From positions 1,126,151 to 1,190,150 of the forward strand of contig NZ_JAPNJW010000002.1 of NCBI RefSeq assembly GCF_026626745.1: 64,000 bases of DNA, written 5' to 3'. The notes under the pieces are model-generated. The model was not told where the DNA came from. It saw only the letters and a list, made by a program, of their open reading frames with translations, and did not search any database. Source of the stretch: Nannocystis sp. RBIL2 (GTDB lineage: Bacteria; Myxococcota_A; Polyangia; Nannocystales; Nannocystaceae). How positions within the stretch are numbered: the stretch's first letter is position 1; the number at the start of each line of letters is the position of its first letter. Positions 47,446 to 61,191 of this stretch are shown one piece after another. The translations under genes were made by a program, and so were the position numbers.

Positions 47446-48711
47446 ATGTCCGGACGCGACTCCCACTCCGAAGACCCGCGCGGGCCCCGGCCGCTGCACC
47501 CGCACGTCGAGCTCGCCGAGCCGCCCGACGACCCCGGCTTGGAGCTTGGCGCCGACATCGCCGATCCCGGCCTCTCGGGGTTGTTGCGCCGCGGGGTCAA
47601 GGCCGCGATCGCGCGCTGGGCCGTGCTCCGACGACCCGCCGCCGAGTGGCCGCGCCCGCAGGACGAGGCCCGCCACGCCTGGGACGGCCGGCCGCACTTC
47701 GCCGAGGAGTTCGTGTTCGTCGGCGTGCAGCCCGAGCTCGCCGTGCTCGCGCGCCTCGAGTGGTTGCCGGACCGCGACGCGCACCGCGTCTGGCTCACCC
47801 TCTTCACGCCCACAGCGATCTACTGCCTCCCCGGCGGCCAGGCCCTGCTGCGCGGCGACGGCGAGCGCGGCTGGTCCGTGGGCGGCCTCGGCTTCGACTG
47901 CGTCGAGCCGCTGCGCACCTGGACCCTGCGCTACCGCGGCACCTTGCACGTCCACGACCCGCGCGGCCGGCCGGTGCGCCCCGCCGGCGACGCCCCCGCC
48001 GAGTCGATCGAGGCCCGCATCGACCTCACCTTCCTCGCCGGCCTCTTGCCGTTCGTCCCCGGCACCGACGACGACCCCGACCTGCTCGCGCGTCAGCTCG
48101 GCGCTGCCGCGTGGGACACCCGCTTGCTCCGCGCAGTGCGCCGCCACCCGCTCCGCGGCTACGTCCAGGCCGGCGATCTTCACGGCACGATCACCCTCGG
48201 TAGCGACCTGCGGGCTTTCGGCGGCGCTGCCCTGCGCGTCCACAATTGGGGCGTGCGTGACTGGGGCGCCAGCGACGCCGCCATGCAGTGCTTCGCCACT
48301 CTCGGCCCGCTGCGGACGTGGGTGCACACCGCCCGCTTCCCGTGGGTGAGCCTGTCCGGCGGCTTCGTCCAGCGGCCCGGCGGCGTCGTCCCTATCCGCG
48401 ACCTCGGGGTCACGCAGGAGCGCCGCCCCGGCCGCGCGCCCGCTCGCACCGGCCTCGCCGTCGAGGCCCCCGGCGGCCCGCTCGCCCTCGAGGCCGAGAC
48501 CGTCGCCGAGCTCCCGCTCGACATGGACGGCCGCGGCCACCTCGACATCGCCCTCGTGCGCGTCCACGCCCGCGGCGAACGCCCGCCCGCCCGCGCCGAG
48601 GGCCCCCGCCTCGTCAGCGGCCCCGCGCGCCCGCACGAGGAGCCGCACGGCTGGGGCCTCTGCTTCACCCAACGCCGCCTGCTCCCGCGCCCCACGCCGC
48701 GCACCGGCTGA
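47446..48711 (+). CDS. hypothetical protein
   Basis: Long ORF with coding-like GC3 skew. No recognised domain. Confidence 0.45.
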   Translation: MSGRDSHSEDPRGPRPLHPHVELAEPPDDPGLELGADIADPGLSGLLRRGVKAAIARWAVLRRPAAEWPRPQDEARHAWDGRPHFAEEFVFVGVQPELAVLARLEWLPDRDAHRVWLTLFTPTAIYCLPGGQALLRGDGERGWSVGGLGFDCVEPLRTWTLRYRGTLHVHDPRGRPVRPAGDAPAESIEARIDLTFLAGLLPFVPGTDDDPDLLARQLGAAAWDTRLLRAVRRHPLRGYVQAGDLHGTITLGSDLRAFGGAALRVHNWGVRDWGASDAAMQCFATLGPLRTWVHTARFPWVSLSGGFVQRPGGVVPIRDLGVTQERRPGRAPARTGLAVEAPGGPLALEAETVAELPLDMDGRGHLDIALVRVHARGERPPARAEGPRLVSGPARPHEEPHGWGLCFTQRRLLPRPTPRTG

Positions 48712-48794
48712 TCTGTCCGTTCGGGCATGTCCTCTGGACCACGCCTCGGCACGGCCTCTTTTTTCACCCGGCGCAGCCTGCTCCGCGCACCGGA

Positions 48795-48890
48795 TGGCAT
48801 GTCCATTCAGGCATGTCCGATGAACCATGCCTCATCAAGCATGTCTTATCGAACATGCCCAAGAGAGCATGTTCTCAAGCGCATGCCATC
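48795..48890. repeat. 7-unit array of CATG(Y)C motifs with strict 13-15 bp period
   Basis: CATG at 48798, 48812, 48827, 48840, 48854, 48868 and 48882: ggcatgtcc/ggcatgtcc/ccatgcctc/gcatgtctt/acatgccc/gcatgttc/gcatgcca. Confidence 0.85.
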
Positions 48891-49022
48891 GCCCCCTGCA
48901 TCGCTCCGGCGCGCGCGTCGCCTCGCGCGCCTCCTCGGTCGCGTCGCCGCGTCACGCCCCCACGGAACACCACGGCCGTCGTGCCCGCACGCCTCACGCG
49001 GCCAACCTGCTAATCGCTGCGC

Positions 49023-49547
49023 TCAGCCGGCCTGCTCGTCGAGCTCGTCGGCGAACGCCTCGGCCGTCTCTGCGTCGGCCGGCGCCTCCATGTCGGGCGC
49101 GTCGGTGCGGACGAAGTCCAGCGGACCGAGCCCGCCGTAGCGGATCTCGCCGGTCAGCGCGGAGCTCTCGCGGTTAATCAGCACGTAGCCGCCGCCGCGA
49201 CCGCCACGGCCGTCCTGCCAGTGAAACGTCACCAGGTTGCTCGGCTGCATCGCCCCGCCTTCGGGCGGCGTGGCCCGGATCTGGCGCAGGTTGGCGACGT
49301 AGCGGATGAGCCCGTCCTCGCTGGTGAAGCGGCCGTAGTAGCGATCGCTCGCCAGCCGCTGGATCGTCAGCGTGCCGAAGATGCCCGCGCTCTCGCCGAC
49401 CCACTCGCCGGTGAAGTCGCTGACCCCCTCCGGATAGACCTCGCCGGAGGGCGGCGTCACGTCGACCACGTCCGTGGCCAGCGCGCCGTTCGGCTTGCAG
49501 CCGCCGGCGAGCGCGAGCAGGAGCGCGGCGCGAAGGAGGCGAGCCAT
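49023..49547 (-). CDS. lipoprotein
   Basis: ATG at 49547 gives MARLLRAALLLALAGGC, a lipobox. GGAGG RBS upstream. Confidence 0.6.
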   Translation of the reverse strand: MARLLRAALLLALAGGCKPNGALATDVVDVTPPSGEVYPEGVSDFTGEWVGESAGIFGTLTIQRLASDRYYGRFTSEDGLIRYVANLRQIRATPPEGGAMQPSNLVTFHWQDGRGGRGGGYVLINRESSALTGEIRYGGLGPLDFVRTDAPDMEAPADAETAEAFADELDEQAG

Positions 49548-49714
49548 ACGAGGGATGGTGGATACCTCTCGGCCCGATCCGACGCGGTTCGCTGCTTCCG
49601 CAGCGGTGGCAAAAGTCACACGTTCTGGCCGCGCAGGGGCGCCGGAAACGCACGAGCGTCGCGCCGACGACCTGACTACAATCCCGCCCGGCGATGGGCG
49701 CACGATTCACCACG

Positions 49715-50443
49715 ATGTCCGCGCGGGCCTTCGGCCTCGTCGTCGGCATCGCCGTCGCCGGCGCCTCGCTGCCCGTCCACGCGCAGGGCCCGAGCGCCCC
49801 CGCCACGGCCCCCGCGCCTGCGCCTACGCCCGAGTCCAAGCCCGCGCCTGCGCAGGACGCGAGCAAGCAAGATCCCCCCGCCCCCGACGGCAAGGAGCCT
49901 GTCCCGCAGACCCAGCCGGTCACCGCCCCGCCCCCGGCCGGGCAGGCCGAGCTGGTGGCTCCGCCGAACAACGTGTCCCAAAGCGCAGGTCTCGGCAGCA
50001 CCGTGGCCACCACCGACCCCGAGGCCAAGCGGGCCAAGGCCGAGCTCGAGGGCACCGCCCTGCGCGACAAGCCGGCCGACGGCGTGCCCGAGCGTCTGCC
50101 GCCGCTGCAGCGGGCCGGCTGGTGGTGTGTGTTCGGCGGCTTCGCCCTCGCCTCGACCGGCGGCGTGTTCGCCGGCCTGGCCGAGACCGAGGAGGACAAG
50201 GCCGCGCGGCTCATCGCCCAGCTCGATCCGGAGACCGGCGCCTCCCTGCAGTACGCCGACGTCAAGGGCGAGTACGACGACATCCTCGCCCGCGGCCGCC
50301 GCGACGCAGTGCTCGCCCGCAGCTTCCTCGCCGCCGGCGGCGTCGTGCTCGCCGCCGCCATCGGCCTGTTCATCGCCGACCGCGTCAAGCGCCGGCCCAC
50401 CCGCGTGCAGGCCGGCCTCGGCGGGCTCCAGGTGCGCTTCTAG
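49715..50443 (+). CDS. secreted Pro/Ala-rich protein with C-terminal TM segments
   Basis: Signal peptide MSARAFGLVVGIAVAGASLPVHAQ. Pro-rich low-complexity region. Confidence 0.5.
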   Translation: MSARAFGLVVGIAVAGASLPVHAQGPSAPATAPAPAPTPESKPAPAQDASKQDPPAPDGKEPVPQTQPVTAPPPAGQAELVAPPNNVSQSAGLGSTVATTDPEAKRAKAELEGTALRDKPADGVPERLPPLQRAGWWCVFGGFALASTGGVFAGLAETEEDKAARLIAQLDPETGASLQYADVKGEYDDILARGRRDAVLARSFLAAGGVVLAAAIGLFIADRVKRRPTRVQAGLGGLQVRF

Positions 50444-50464
50444 ATGGCCGAAGGAACAGGACCC

Positions 50465-50845
50465 ATGCGCCATGTCGCGAAAGCCATGTTGTGCGGCCTG
50501 CTGTTCGGGTCCGCCGCGCTGTCGGCCTGCTTCAACGCGCCCAGCGATCCGGTGCAGTTCTCCTGCGAGCCCGACGACGCGGCCGAGTGTCCGGCCGGCT
50601 ACGAGTGCCGGATCGACGGCTGCTGCCACCGCGAGGACACGCCCGACGACGACTCCGTGGGTGCGTGCAAGCTCGGCGCCACCGGCGCGAACTCCGGCGA
50701 TCCGCCGCCCCCGCCCGCGCAGACGACCACCGGGACCAGCACCGACAGCGACGGCACGGCCAGCGCGACCGACGCCACGGGCGTGACCACCACGACCGGC
50801 GCAACTTCCACCGGCGGCGACGACACCGGCGACACCACCTCCTGA
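50465..50845 (+). CDS. small Cys-rich lipoprotein with Thr/Gly-rich tail
   Basis: Lipobox LLFGSAALSAC. The Cys motif is FSCEPDDAAECPAGYECRIDGCCH. Confidence 0.55.
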   Translation: MRHVAKAMLCGLLFGSAALSACFNAPSDPVQFSCEPDDAAECPAGYECRIDGCCHREDTPDDDSVGACKLGATGANSGDPPPPPAQTTTGTSTDSDGTASATDATGVTTTTGATSTGGDDTGDTTS

Positions 50846-51091
50846 AGCCACGGGCGGCGCCTCCGCCCCACCGCACGCGCCGGGCCTGCCTCACGGCGCC
50901 TCGCCCTCACGGCGCACGCACCAGCCTCCCGGCCCCCTGGGCCATGAACTTTGCTTCACGGCCCACAGGGCCACTTGCACCCGGGCGCCTCTGGCCCGAT
51001 CTCATGGAGCCCCCTCGCGGGGCTCTTGCTACGCGGCCCACCGGGCCGCTAACCGCGGGCTCGCGGGCCCGCAGCGACACGGGGACGATCG

Positions 51092-51819
51092 TGGGACTCA
51101 AGGACCTCTTCAGCAGCGCGGGTCGCAGCAAGAGCAAGCTCGACAAGCACATCAAGACCGTCCAGAACCAGTACGCGCAGTCGGCCGACCGCTACTACGC
51201 GATGGAGCAGCTGCTGGAGATGGCCGAGATCCCGGCGATCGTCGGCCTGATGAAGCGGTTCACGATGAACGCCAGCAAGTCGATCGAGGACGAGGAGGAG
51301 AAGGGCTGGCTGTACAAGCGCCTGCTCGGCCTCCCGCTCGACACCGTGCTGCCGGCGGCCAAGGAGTTCTGCCTCCAGAGCGACAACATCGCCTGGGTCT
51401 TGCGCGTGGTCGAGGAGCTGGCGAGCAAGCAGCAGGAGTGGGACATCCTGGACGCGCTGCTGGCCCACCACCCGCCGGGCTACGAGCGCGACCCGAGCGC
51501 CAAGCTGCAGCTGCTCACGCACCTGCAGGAGATCGACGACGCGCGCGTGCCCGACATCCTCGCCGGCTACCTCGAAGACCCGGACGAGGGCGTGCGCTTC
51601 TTCGCGGTCGAGGCGCTGCTCGACATCGGCGAGCCGCGCTCGCTCGGCCCGCTGATCGCTCGCCTCGGCGACCCGGCCGAGGACTCGCTGCGCCTGCGCA
51701 CCCGGATCCTCACCGGCCTCGCGCGCCTCGGCTGGGACGTCAGCGCCCACCGCGACGTCATCAACAAGGCCATCGGCAACGACCACACCTTCGACGGCAC
51801 CCACATCAAGGAGCGCTGA
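51092..51819 (+). CDS. HEAT-repeat (PBS-lyase-like) protein
   Basis: GTG start. Repeated …VR..A..AL..IG… HEAT-like units. 8 bp upstream of carB. Confidence 0.55.
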
Positions 51820-51826
51820 TAAAGCC

Positions 51827-55077
<3,251 letters not shown>

Positions 55078-55081
<4 letters not shown>

Positions 55082-55566
55082 CCGAGCAGAAGATCCCGAT
55101 GACCCCCGCCGGGTACGCCAAGCTGCGCGCTGAGCTCAAGCAGATCAAGGAAGTCGATCGGCCCGAGAACGTCCGAGACATCGAGACCGCGCTCGGCCAC
55201 GGCGACCTGCGCGAGAACGCCGAGTACCACGCCGCCAAGGAGCGCCAGGCCCAGCTCGACGGCCGCATGCGCTACCTCGAGTCGCGGATCGGCATGGCCC
55301 AGGTCATCGACCCCGAGACCGTCAAGGAGAACAAGGTCACCTTCGGCGCCACGGTGACGATGCTCGACCTCGAGAACGACCAGAAGGTCGTCTACCAGAT
55401 CGTCGGCGAGGACGAGTCCGACGCCACCCACGGCAAGATCTCGCTCGGCGCCCCGATCGCCCGGGCGATGCTCGGCAAGCGCGTCGGCGACGAGGTCCTG
55501 GTCAAGCTGCCCAAGGGCGACCGCGAGTACGAGGTCGTCCGCGTCGAATACAAGGCCATCTCGTGA
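55078..55566 (+). CDS. greA: transcription elongation factor GreA
   Basis: [24 protein letters not shown]…[15 protein letters not shown]…. Overlaps the carB stop (ATGA). Confidence 0.9.
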
Positions 55567-56168
55567 CGCTGCCCCGTCCGCGCCAGACCTTCGCCTCCGG
55601 CGTCGCCCTGGCCATGCTGTTCGCGCTCGCGGGCTGTCGGCCCAAGGCCGGCGACCCGTGCCGCTGCGCGAGCGACTGCGGCATCGGCCTCGAGTGTTAC
55701 GCCGAGGGCGAGAAGATCCTGTCGGGCGACGCCTGCTTCAAGCCGGGCGTCATCGGCCAGTGCGTCGTCTCCGAGAGCGTCGACACCGACTCCGCCGGCC
55801 CCGGCCTGCCCGACATGCCGATCCGCGACGACCTCCCGTCCAAGCGCGACATCGCCGGCCCGGGCAGCAACAGCCTCAGCGAGAGCGCGAGCGGCCCGAC
55901 CGACGGCTCGGCCACCGCCTCGTCGATGACCGGCACGACCACCGACGGCACCGCCACCGACAGCACGGCGACCGACGGCACCGCCACCGACACCACGACC
56001 ACCTCGTCGACCACGGACACGACCACCACGTCGACGACCGACACGACCACGACCTCGAGCACCACGGACTCGTCCACCACGAGCACCTCGACCGACTCGA
56101 CGACGACGACCACGGGCTCGACCACCGACTCGACCAGCTCGACCAGCTCCGGGAGCTCGTCGGGATGA
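55563..56168 (+). CDS. Cys-rich lipoprotein with Thr/Ser-rich tail
   Basis: GTG overlaps the greA stop. Lipobox AMLFALAGC. Cys motif GDPCRCASDCGIGLECY. The C-terminus is a long (T/S)n tail. Confidence 0.6.
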   Translation: MTLPRPRQTFASGVALAMLFALAGCRPKAGDPCRCASDCGIGLECYAEGEKILSGDACFKPGVIGQCVVSESVDTDSAGPGLPDMPIRDDLPSKRDIAGPGSNSLSESASGPTDGSATASSMTGTTTDGTATDSTATDGTATDTTTTSSTTDTTTTSTTDTTTTSSTTDSSTTSTSTDSTTTTTGSTTDSTSSTSSGSSSG

Positions 56169-56650
56169 CGGAGGCCGAGGCCCACTGGCTGTGGCGCCTC
56201 GACGCGGACGCCTGGATGCGGTCCGCCCTGAGCGAGCTCGAGGCTGGCGCCGACCACGTCGCCGTCCGCCGCACCGCCCTCACCCACGCCCGCCGGGCCG
56301 CCGGGATGGCCCTCAACGCCGTCCTGGTCGCCTGGGCGCGCGCCCAGGGCACCCCGGACGCCCTCGCCGCGGCCGAGTCACGCTGGGGCCGCAGCTATGT
56401 CGACCACCTGCGCCTGCTCGGCGACAGCGGCCCCGAGAACCAGGTCCCGCTCGAAGCCCGGGCCGCCGAGGCCGCGCGCGCGCTCATGGCGATCCCCGTC
56501 GCCATCACCGCCGGTTCCGCCGGCACCGAGGTCCTCGTCCAGCTCCACCGCGGCCCCAACCAGGCGGCGCAGCAGGGCCTCGACCACGCCCGCGCCCTCG
56601 TCCACGCCTGCACGACCGCCATCGCCGACCTGCGAACCGCCGCCCTGTAG
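56165..56650 (+). CDS. hypothetical protein
   Basis: ATG overlaps the previous stop. All-helical prediction. No clear family. Confidence 0.4.
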   Translation: MTEAEAHWLWRLDADAWMRSALSELEAGADHVAVRRTALTHARRAAGMALNAVLVAWARAQGTPDALAAAESRWGRSYVDHLRLLGDSGPENQVPLEARAAEAARALMAIPVAITAGSAGTEVLVQLHRGPNQAAQQGLDHARALVHACTTAIADLRTAAL

Positions 56651-56699
56651 CGACCGCTCGCAAGCCCAGAGCCTGGGCCACGCGCCGTCGCTCGGAGCG

Positions 56700-57200
56700 C
56701 TCGTCTGGCCGACGCGCGAACGCTCGCCGACGCTCGCTCGACCGCGCGAGGCAACGCCCTCATCGACGCCCGCTCGACGCGCGAGCGCAAGCCCTCTCCG
56801 ACACTCGCTGGACGCGCGGGCGCATCAACCTCGTCGACGCTCGCTCGACCGCGCGAGCGCAGGCCCTCGTCGACGCTCGTTGGACGCGCGGGCGCATCGT
56901 CCGCTTCGGCGCTCGCTCGACCGCGCGAGCACAACGCCTTCATCGCCACTCACTCCGGCGCGAGCACACCTTCCTCGTCGACGCACGCTGAGCGCGCGAG
57001 CGCGAGCGCTCATCGCCACTCGGGCGCGAGCGCGAGCTCTCATCGCCACTCACTCAAGCTCGAGAGCTCTCCACTCGAGCTCGAGCACTCGCCTTTCATC
57101 GCCGCTCACGCGAGCGCGAGCGCATCGTCTCGTCCGCACACCCACGAGCGCATCGTCCTCATAGCGACTCACTCGAACACCGCGCATCGTCATCGACGAC
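56700..57200. repeat. degenerate 36/72-bp tandem minisatellite with internal CGCTCG…CGAGCG hairpins
   Basis: GCTCGCTCGACCGCGCGAGC recurs at 56731, 56838 and 56910, and the sub-unit CG(C/T)T(C/G)GACGCGCG(A/G)GCGCA recurs at 56771, 56805 and 56877. Further degenerate copies extend to ~57190. Confidence 0.8.
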
Positions 57201-57293
57201 GCTCGCTCGAGCGCACTGTCGGTTTTCACCAGCATGGGACCCCGGCCTTCTCACGACCTTTCCGCCTTGGTCCATCCTGCGTGACGAGGGGGA

Positions 57294-58082
57294 TCATGCT
57301 CGCGTGCGCGAGCGGGATCCAGTTTTCGGCGGACGGGTGAGCGAGGGTTTCTGGCGGCTTCGGTACGACTCGCCTTCGATGACGAGGTCGTAGGCGTTGC
57401 TGGTGAAGCGATCGATCGCTGCCTGGGCGCGGACGGGGTCGGCGAAGACTGCGAGCCATTCGTCAGGGCCACGGTTCGAGGTGACGATGATCGAGCCGTG
57501 GCGGTGACGCTCGGTGAAGATTTCGTAGGCGTCGCGGCTCTCGGTCGCGTCCATCGCGTCGAGGCCGAAGTCGTCGAGGATCAGCACGTCGACGGCGAGG
57601 ATCTTGCGCAGCTCGGCGTCGTAGGAGCCGTCGAGTCGAGCGTGGCGGAGGTTCTTGAGCAATCGATCACAGCGGTAGGCGAGGACACTGTATTGACGGC
57701 GGCAGGCGGCGTTGCCCAGGGCGTGCGCGAGGAAAGTCTTGCCGACACCGACGGGGCCGACGAGCGCGACGTGAGCGCGAGCCTCGACGAAACGCAGCGA
57801 GCAGAGCTCGGCCCACAGCTCTTGATCGAAGTGGACCCGAGTGGTGCTGTCCCATCCCTCGAGCTGGTGCTCGGGATCGAGACGCGCTTTCTGGCCGCGG
57901 AGCTGGGCGGAGATGCTGTCCCGGCGGCTGACCTCGTCGGTGAGCAGCGTCAGCAGGAAGTCCTGGTGAGGGACCTTCTGCTGGCGTGCGAGGGCGAGCC
58001 GCTCGGGCAGCGTCGATAGCAGGGGGCTGAGTTTGAGTCGCTTGAGGATGGCCTTAAGGTCATGTGAGATGGTATCGGTCAT
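57294..58082 (-). CDS. istB: IS21-family transposition helper ATPase IstB
   Basis: Walker A (GPVGVGKTFLA) and Walker B (DVLILDDFG). Typical IstB N-terminus. Confidence 0.9.
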   Translation of the reverse strand: MTDTISHDLKAILKRLKLSPLLSTLPERLALARQQKVPHQDFLLTLLTDEVSRRDSISAQLRGQKARLDPEHQLEGWDSTTRVHFDQELWAELCSLRFVEARAHVALVGPVGVGKTFLAHALGNAACRRQYSVLAYRCDRLLKNLRHARLDGSYDAELRKILAVDVLILDDFGLDAMDATESRDAYEIFTERHRHGSIIVTSNRGPDEWLAVFADPVRAQAAIDRFTSNAYDLVIEGESYRSRQKPSLTRPPKTGSRSRTRA

Positions 58083-59646
58083 GACGGTTCTCCATGCTTG
58101 GTGTTGGCCGAGAGCGCGTAGATCTGCGCGGGTCGGAGGAATCTCGCCGGCGGTGTCGGCCGGTCGAGGGGGATGGGTTGGGGCTTCACGTCGCGCTCGA
58201 CCATGGCGCGAAGGCGCTTCAGACTCAGCATGTCGGCCGCGAGTGCGATGCCGCAGCAGCGATCGACGACGGCGACGCCGTGGCGCTCGGCGAGGCCACG
58301 CACGCCGTGGACGGTGCGCATGCTGGTCCAAGGCAGCGGGCCGGACAGCAGTCGCCGTACGTACGCGCCGATGTTGGGGCCGAGCTCGTCGGCCTGCTTC
58401 TGCAAGAATTCGATATCACGCATCGCGTAGGCTCGTTTCTCCTTCGGGAAGTCCTCAGGGTTGATGCTGCGGCCGCCGGGCGGCAGCCGCCGACAGATCC
58501 GGATCAGCGTGCTCCGATCGTAGAAGCGGACGCTGCTGCGATCGACTCGAGCCTGCAGCGTGCGACCGATCAGCCGCGTGGGCATCGAGTACAGTGCGCG
58601 CTCGACCTGGACGAAGTGATCGCGCGCGACCTTCGGCGTGCACCACCGCGGCACGTCGTAGGGCTGCTCCGGCGCCGGCAGCAGCACCGGCGCCTCGACA
58701 TTGAGAAAGTGCTCGCGCGGCATCCGACCGGTGGTGCTGTGGCGGTGCGCGCCGTATTCGTCCCGGCACCATCGCTCGGCACGCTCCCGTGCGGCCGCGA
58801 GGTCGCGGATCCGTTCACCGCCGAAGCAGTCGTCACGGACGTCGCGGACCGCTCGCTCGACTCGCGCCTTGTCCTGCGGCCTGCGCACCCGCGCGACGTC
58901 GATCACGAAGCCGCGTGCCTGCGCGTACTCGAGGAAGGCCTCGCACAGCCGCGGCTCGATCGGGTCGGCGCGCTGGACGATCGCCTTGAGGTTGTCGGGG
59001 ATCAGCGTCCGGAAGACGCCGCCGTAGAACGCCCAGGCGGCCTCGCACGCTGCGATCACCTCCTCGACGGTCTCGCGCTCGATCGGATAGACGAAGCGGT
59101 AGCGCGACACGTTCGGCGAGAAGACGAGGACCTTGATCTTGCGCCGCACGCCGCTGCCGTCGGCTCGTACATCCCGACACTGCCGGGATCGCTCTGCAGC
59201 TCGTCGCCGGGCTTGCCATCGACGAGCGGCACCGTCGCCGCCTTCTTGCCGAAGCCGAGTTGCTGCGTGGCAAAGCGGTGCAGCGTCGCGTACGGCACGA
59301 CGACTCCCTGCCGCTGCAGTAGCTTGCGGATCTTGGTCAGCCGCACGTCGTGCTGGAGATGCCCCTCGATGAAGGTCCGCTCGCGCTCGCATGCCCGCCA
59401 CGCCTCGCCATGCTCGTGCGGCACCGGCTTCTTCAGCTCGGCGATCACGGCGTCCAGCCGCGCATCCGTCAGCTGCTCGCGGCCACCGCCGGCGACGACG
59501 CCGTGCGCCTCACCGACCTCGAGGTAGCGCCGCACGGTCTTCGGATCGAGACGCAACTGCGCGGCGATCCGCTTCTTGGCGACGCCGAGAAGCCTCAGCC
59601 TTAGAACTTCCTTGATCTCGATCATCGTGACCTCTCGGTACGCCAT
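58079..59646 (-). pseudogene. istA: IS21-family transposase IstA, disrupted by a frameshift near 59130-59170
   Basis: The N-terminal HTH part (59056-59646; MIEIKEVLRLRLLGVAKKRIAAQLRLDPKTVRRYL) and the C-terminal DDE part (58079-59401; …KIKVLVFSPNVSRYRFVY…) lie in different frames. The conserved ELQVDFG motif is degenerate (ELQSDPG). Confidence 0.8.
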
Positions 59647-60059
59647 GGGCTCCTCGCGCCCGGCTTCCTCGCCGGACTCGGGAGCGGGGTACCCGCTCGG
59701 TCACGCAGGGGGGAAAGGTGGTGAGAAACTCAGCCCCCGGCAGGGGGGAAAGATGCTGAGAAACTCGGTCCCCAGAGGGGGGAAAGGTGGTGAGAAATTC
59801 GCCCCCGAAGGGGGGATTGCTGCTGAGAACTGACACGCACCGAGTTCTCGATCGATGCTCGCCCGCTCGGCCCGCCTCGAGCGCCTCGGGCTCTCGTTCG
59901 AGGCTCGATCGATCGCGTGAACGCCTCGCCTCCTACTCCTCGCGCCAGCGTCACGTATCACCCGATTTGCGGGCCTCGTGTACGACCTGTCGCGCCGCGC
60001 CCGAAGCCGGCGCGCGAGCCGACCCCGATGCATGACGAGCGCCGCGATGGGCTCCGAGC

Positions 60060-60270
60060 GCCGCGCTCGCTTCGGACAAAAGTCCGACGAGCTCGTGCGT
60101 CGCGCTCGCATCGGACACAAGTCCGGCGAACCCATGCGCTGCGATCGCAATACACCTCGCGGACATCAGTCCGCCGCGCGGCCAGCCACGCACCACCCGA
60201 CCCGCACTCCTTGCAGCGACGTCATCCGGACATCAGTCCGCGAACCGACCGCGACATCGGTCCGCGATCG
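60060..60270. repeat. array of 5 CGGACA-N4-GTCCG hairpin repeats upstream of lipoprotein gene
   Basis: cggacaaaagtccg (60073), cggacacaagtccg (60113), cggacatcagtccg (60162 and 60223), and gacatcggtccg (60253). Confidence 0.8.
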
Positions 60271-60335
60271 GACCCCATGCCCTCGCGCCGGCACGCATCG
60301 GGCCGCGCGCGCGGGCACCTGCTACTGTGAGCGCA

Positions 60336-61186
60336 TGTTCGACGCGCAGCTCCGCGGCCCCGGCGTCACTGCCGCCCGGCTCGTCTCTGTCCTCGCGTTC
60401 CTGTCCCTCGGGGCATGTCAGCGCGTCCCCTACGACGACGACGACACCGCCAGCAACCAGGGCGGCGACGAGGGCGACACGGACACCGACGGCGGGGGCG
60501 ACACGCAGCCGACCACGGGAGCGCCCGAGCCGCCGCCGGACCTCGTCCCGGTCTACGACTGTGAACCGTCCGGAACTCCCGCATGTCCCGAAGGACAGAA
60601 GTGCACCGCGGTCAGCGAGGGCGGCCTGCAGAACCACTTCAAGTGCGTACCCGACGACAGCGCGATCCTGCCGCTCGAGCCGTGCGTGCCTGCGCCCGAG
60701 AGCGGACAGGACGGGTGCGGCGCCGGCACCGTGTGTCTCTCGCCGACGCAGGACGATCCGACCTCCGGCCTGTGTTTCCCGATCTGCCGCAACGACATCG
60801 ACTGCGACCCGGGCCTGTGCGTCACCAGTCCGTTCAGCGGCACGACCTACTGCGCGGACAGCTGTGACCCTCTCGTGGCCATCTGTCCGCCGAGCCTCGG
60901 CTGCCGCCAGGGCTCCGATCGATTCGTCTGCGAGATGCTGCTCGACATCGACATGGGCACCGAGGGCACCAATTGCTCGGAGTTCAACGGCCGCGGCTGC
61001 GCCCCCACGTACGTGTGCATGCCGGGGGCGCTGGTGCCGAATTGCGGCTCGAGCAGCTGCTGCACCTCGACCTGCGCCACGAACGAGGGCGACGCGCAGT
61101 GCGCGTCGCCCTCCCTGTGTGAACCGCTGTTTCCGAGCCCCGCGCCCGGGTTCGAGAGCATCGGGGCGTGTTTCGTGCCGGCTTAG
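60336..61186 (+). CDS. large Cys-rich lipoprotein (EGF-like/disulfide-rich repeats)
   Basis: Lipobox LAFLSLGAC, an Asp/Gly-rich linker, and then about 40 Cys in repeats of the CxxGxxC type. Confidence 0.65.
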
Positions 61187-61191
61187 CCCGT

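Larger units (their letters stand above)
57245..59832 (-). mobile_element. IS21-family insertion sequence (istA frameshifted, istB intact) with multiple terminal direct repeats
   Basis: istA and istB overlap by ATGA. The left end has 4 x ~33-bp direct repeats GGGGGGAAAGGTGGTGAGAAACTCAGCCCCC at 59706-59830, ending …CTGACACG. An inverted copy TTCTCACGACCTTTCCGCC sits at 57262-57280. Confidence 0.8.

Noticed and set aside
56700-57200. Possible CRISPR array (regular GC-rich repeats with hairpins)
   Set aside because: The units are contiguous and degenerate, with no unique spacers of constant length and no leader or cas genes. This is a minisatellite.
59056-59646. Separate small IS gene
   Set aside because: It is the N-terminal HTH part of the frameshifted istA, so it was merged into a single pseudogene call.
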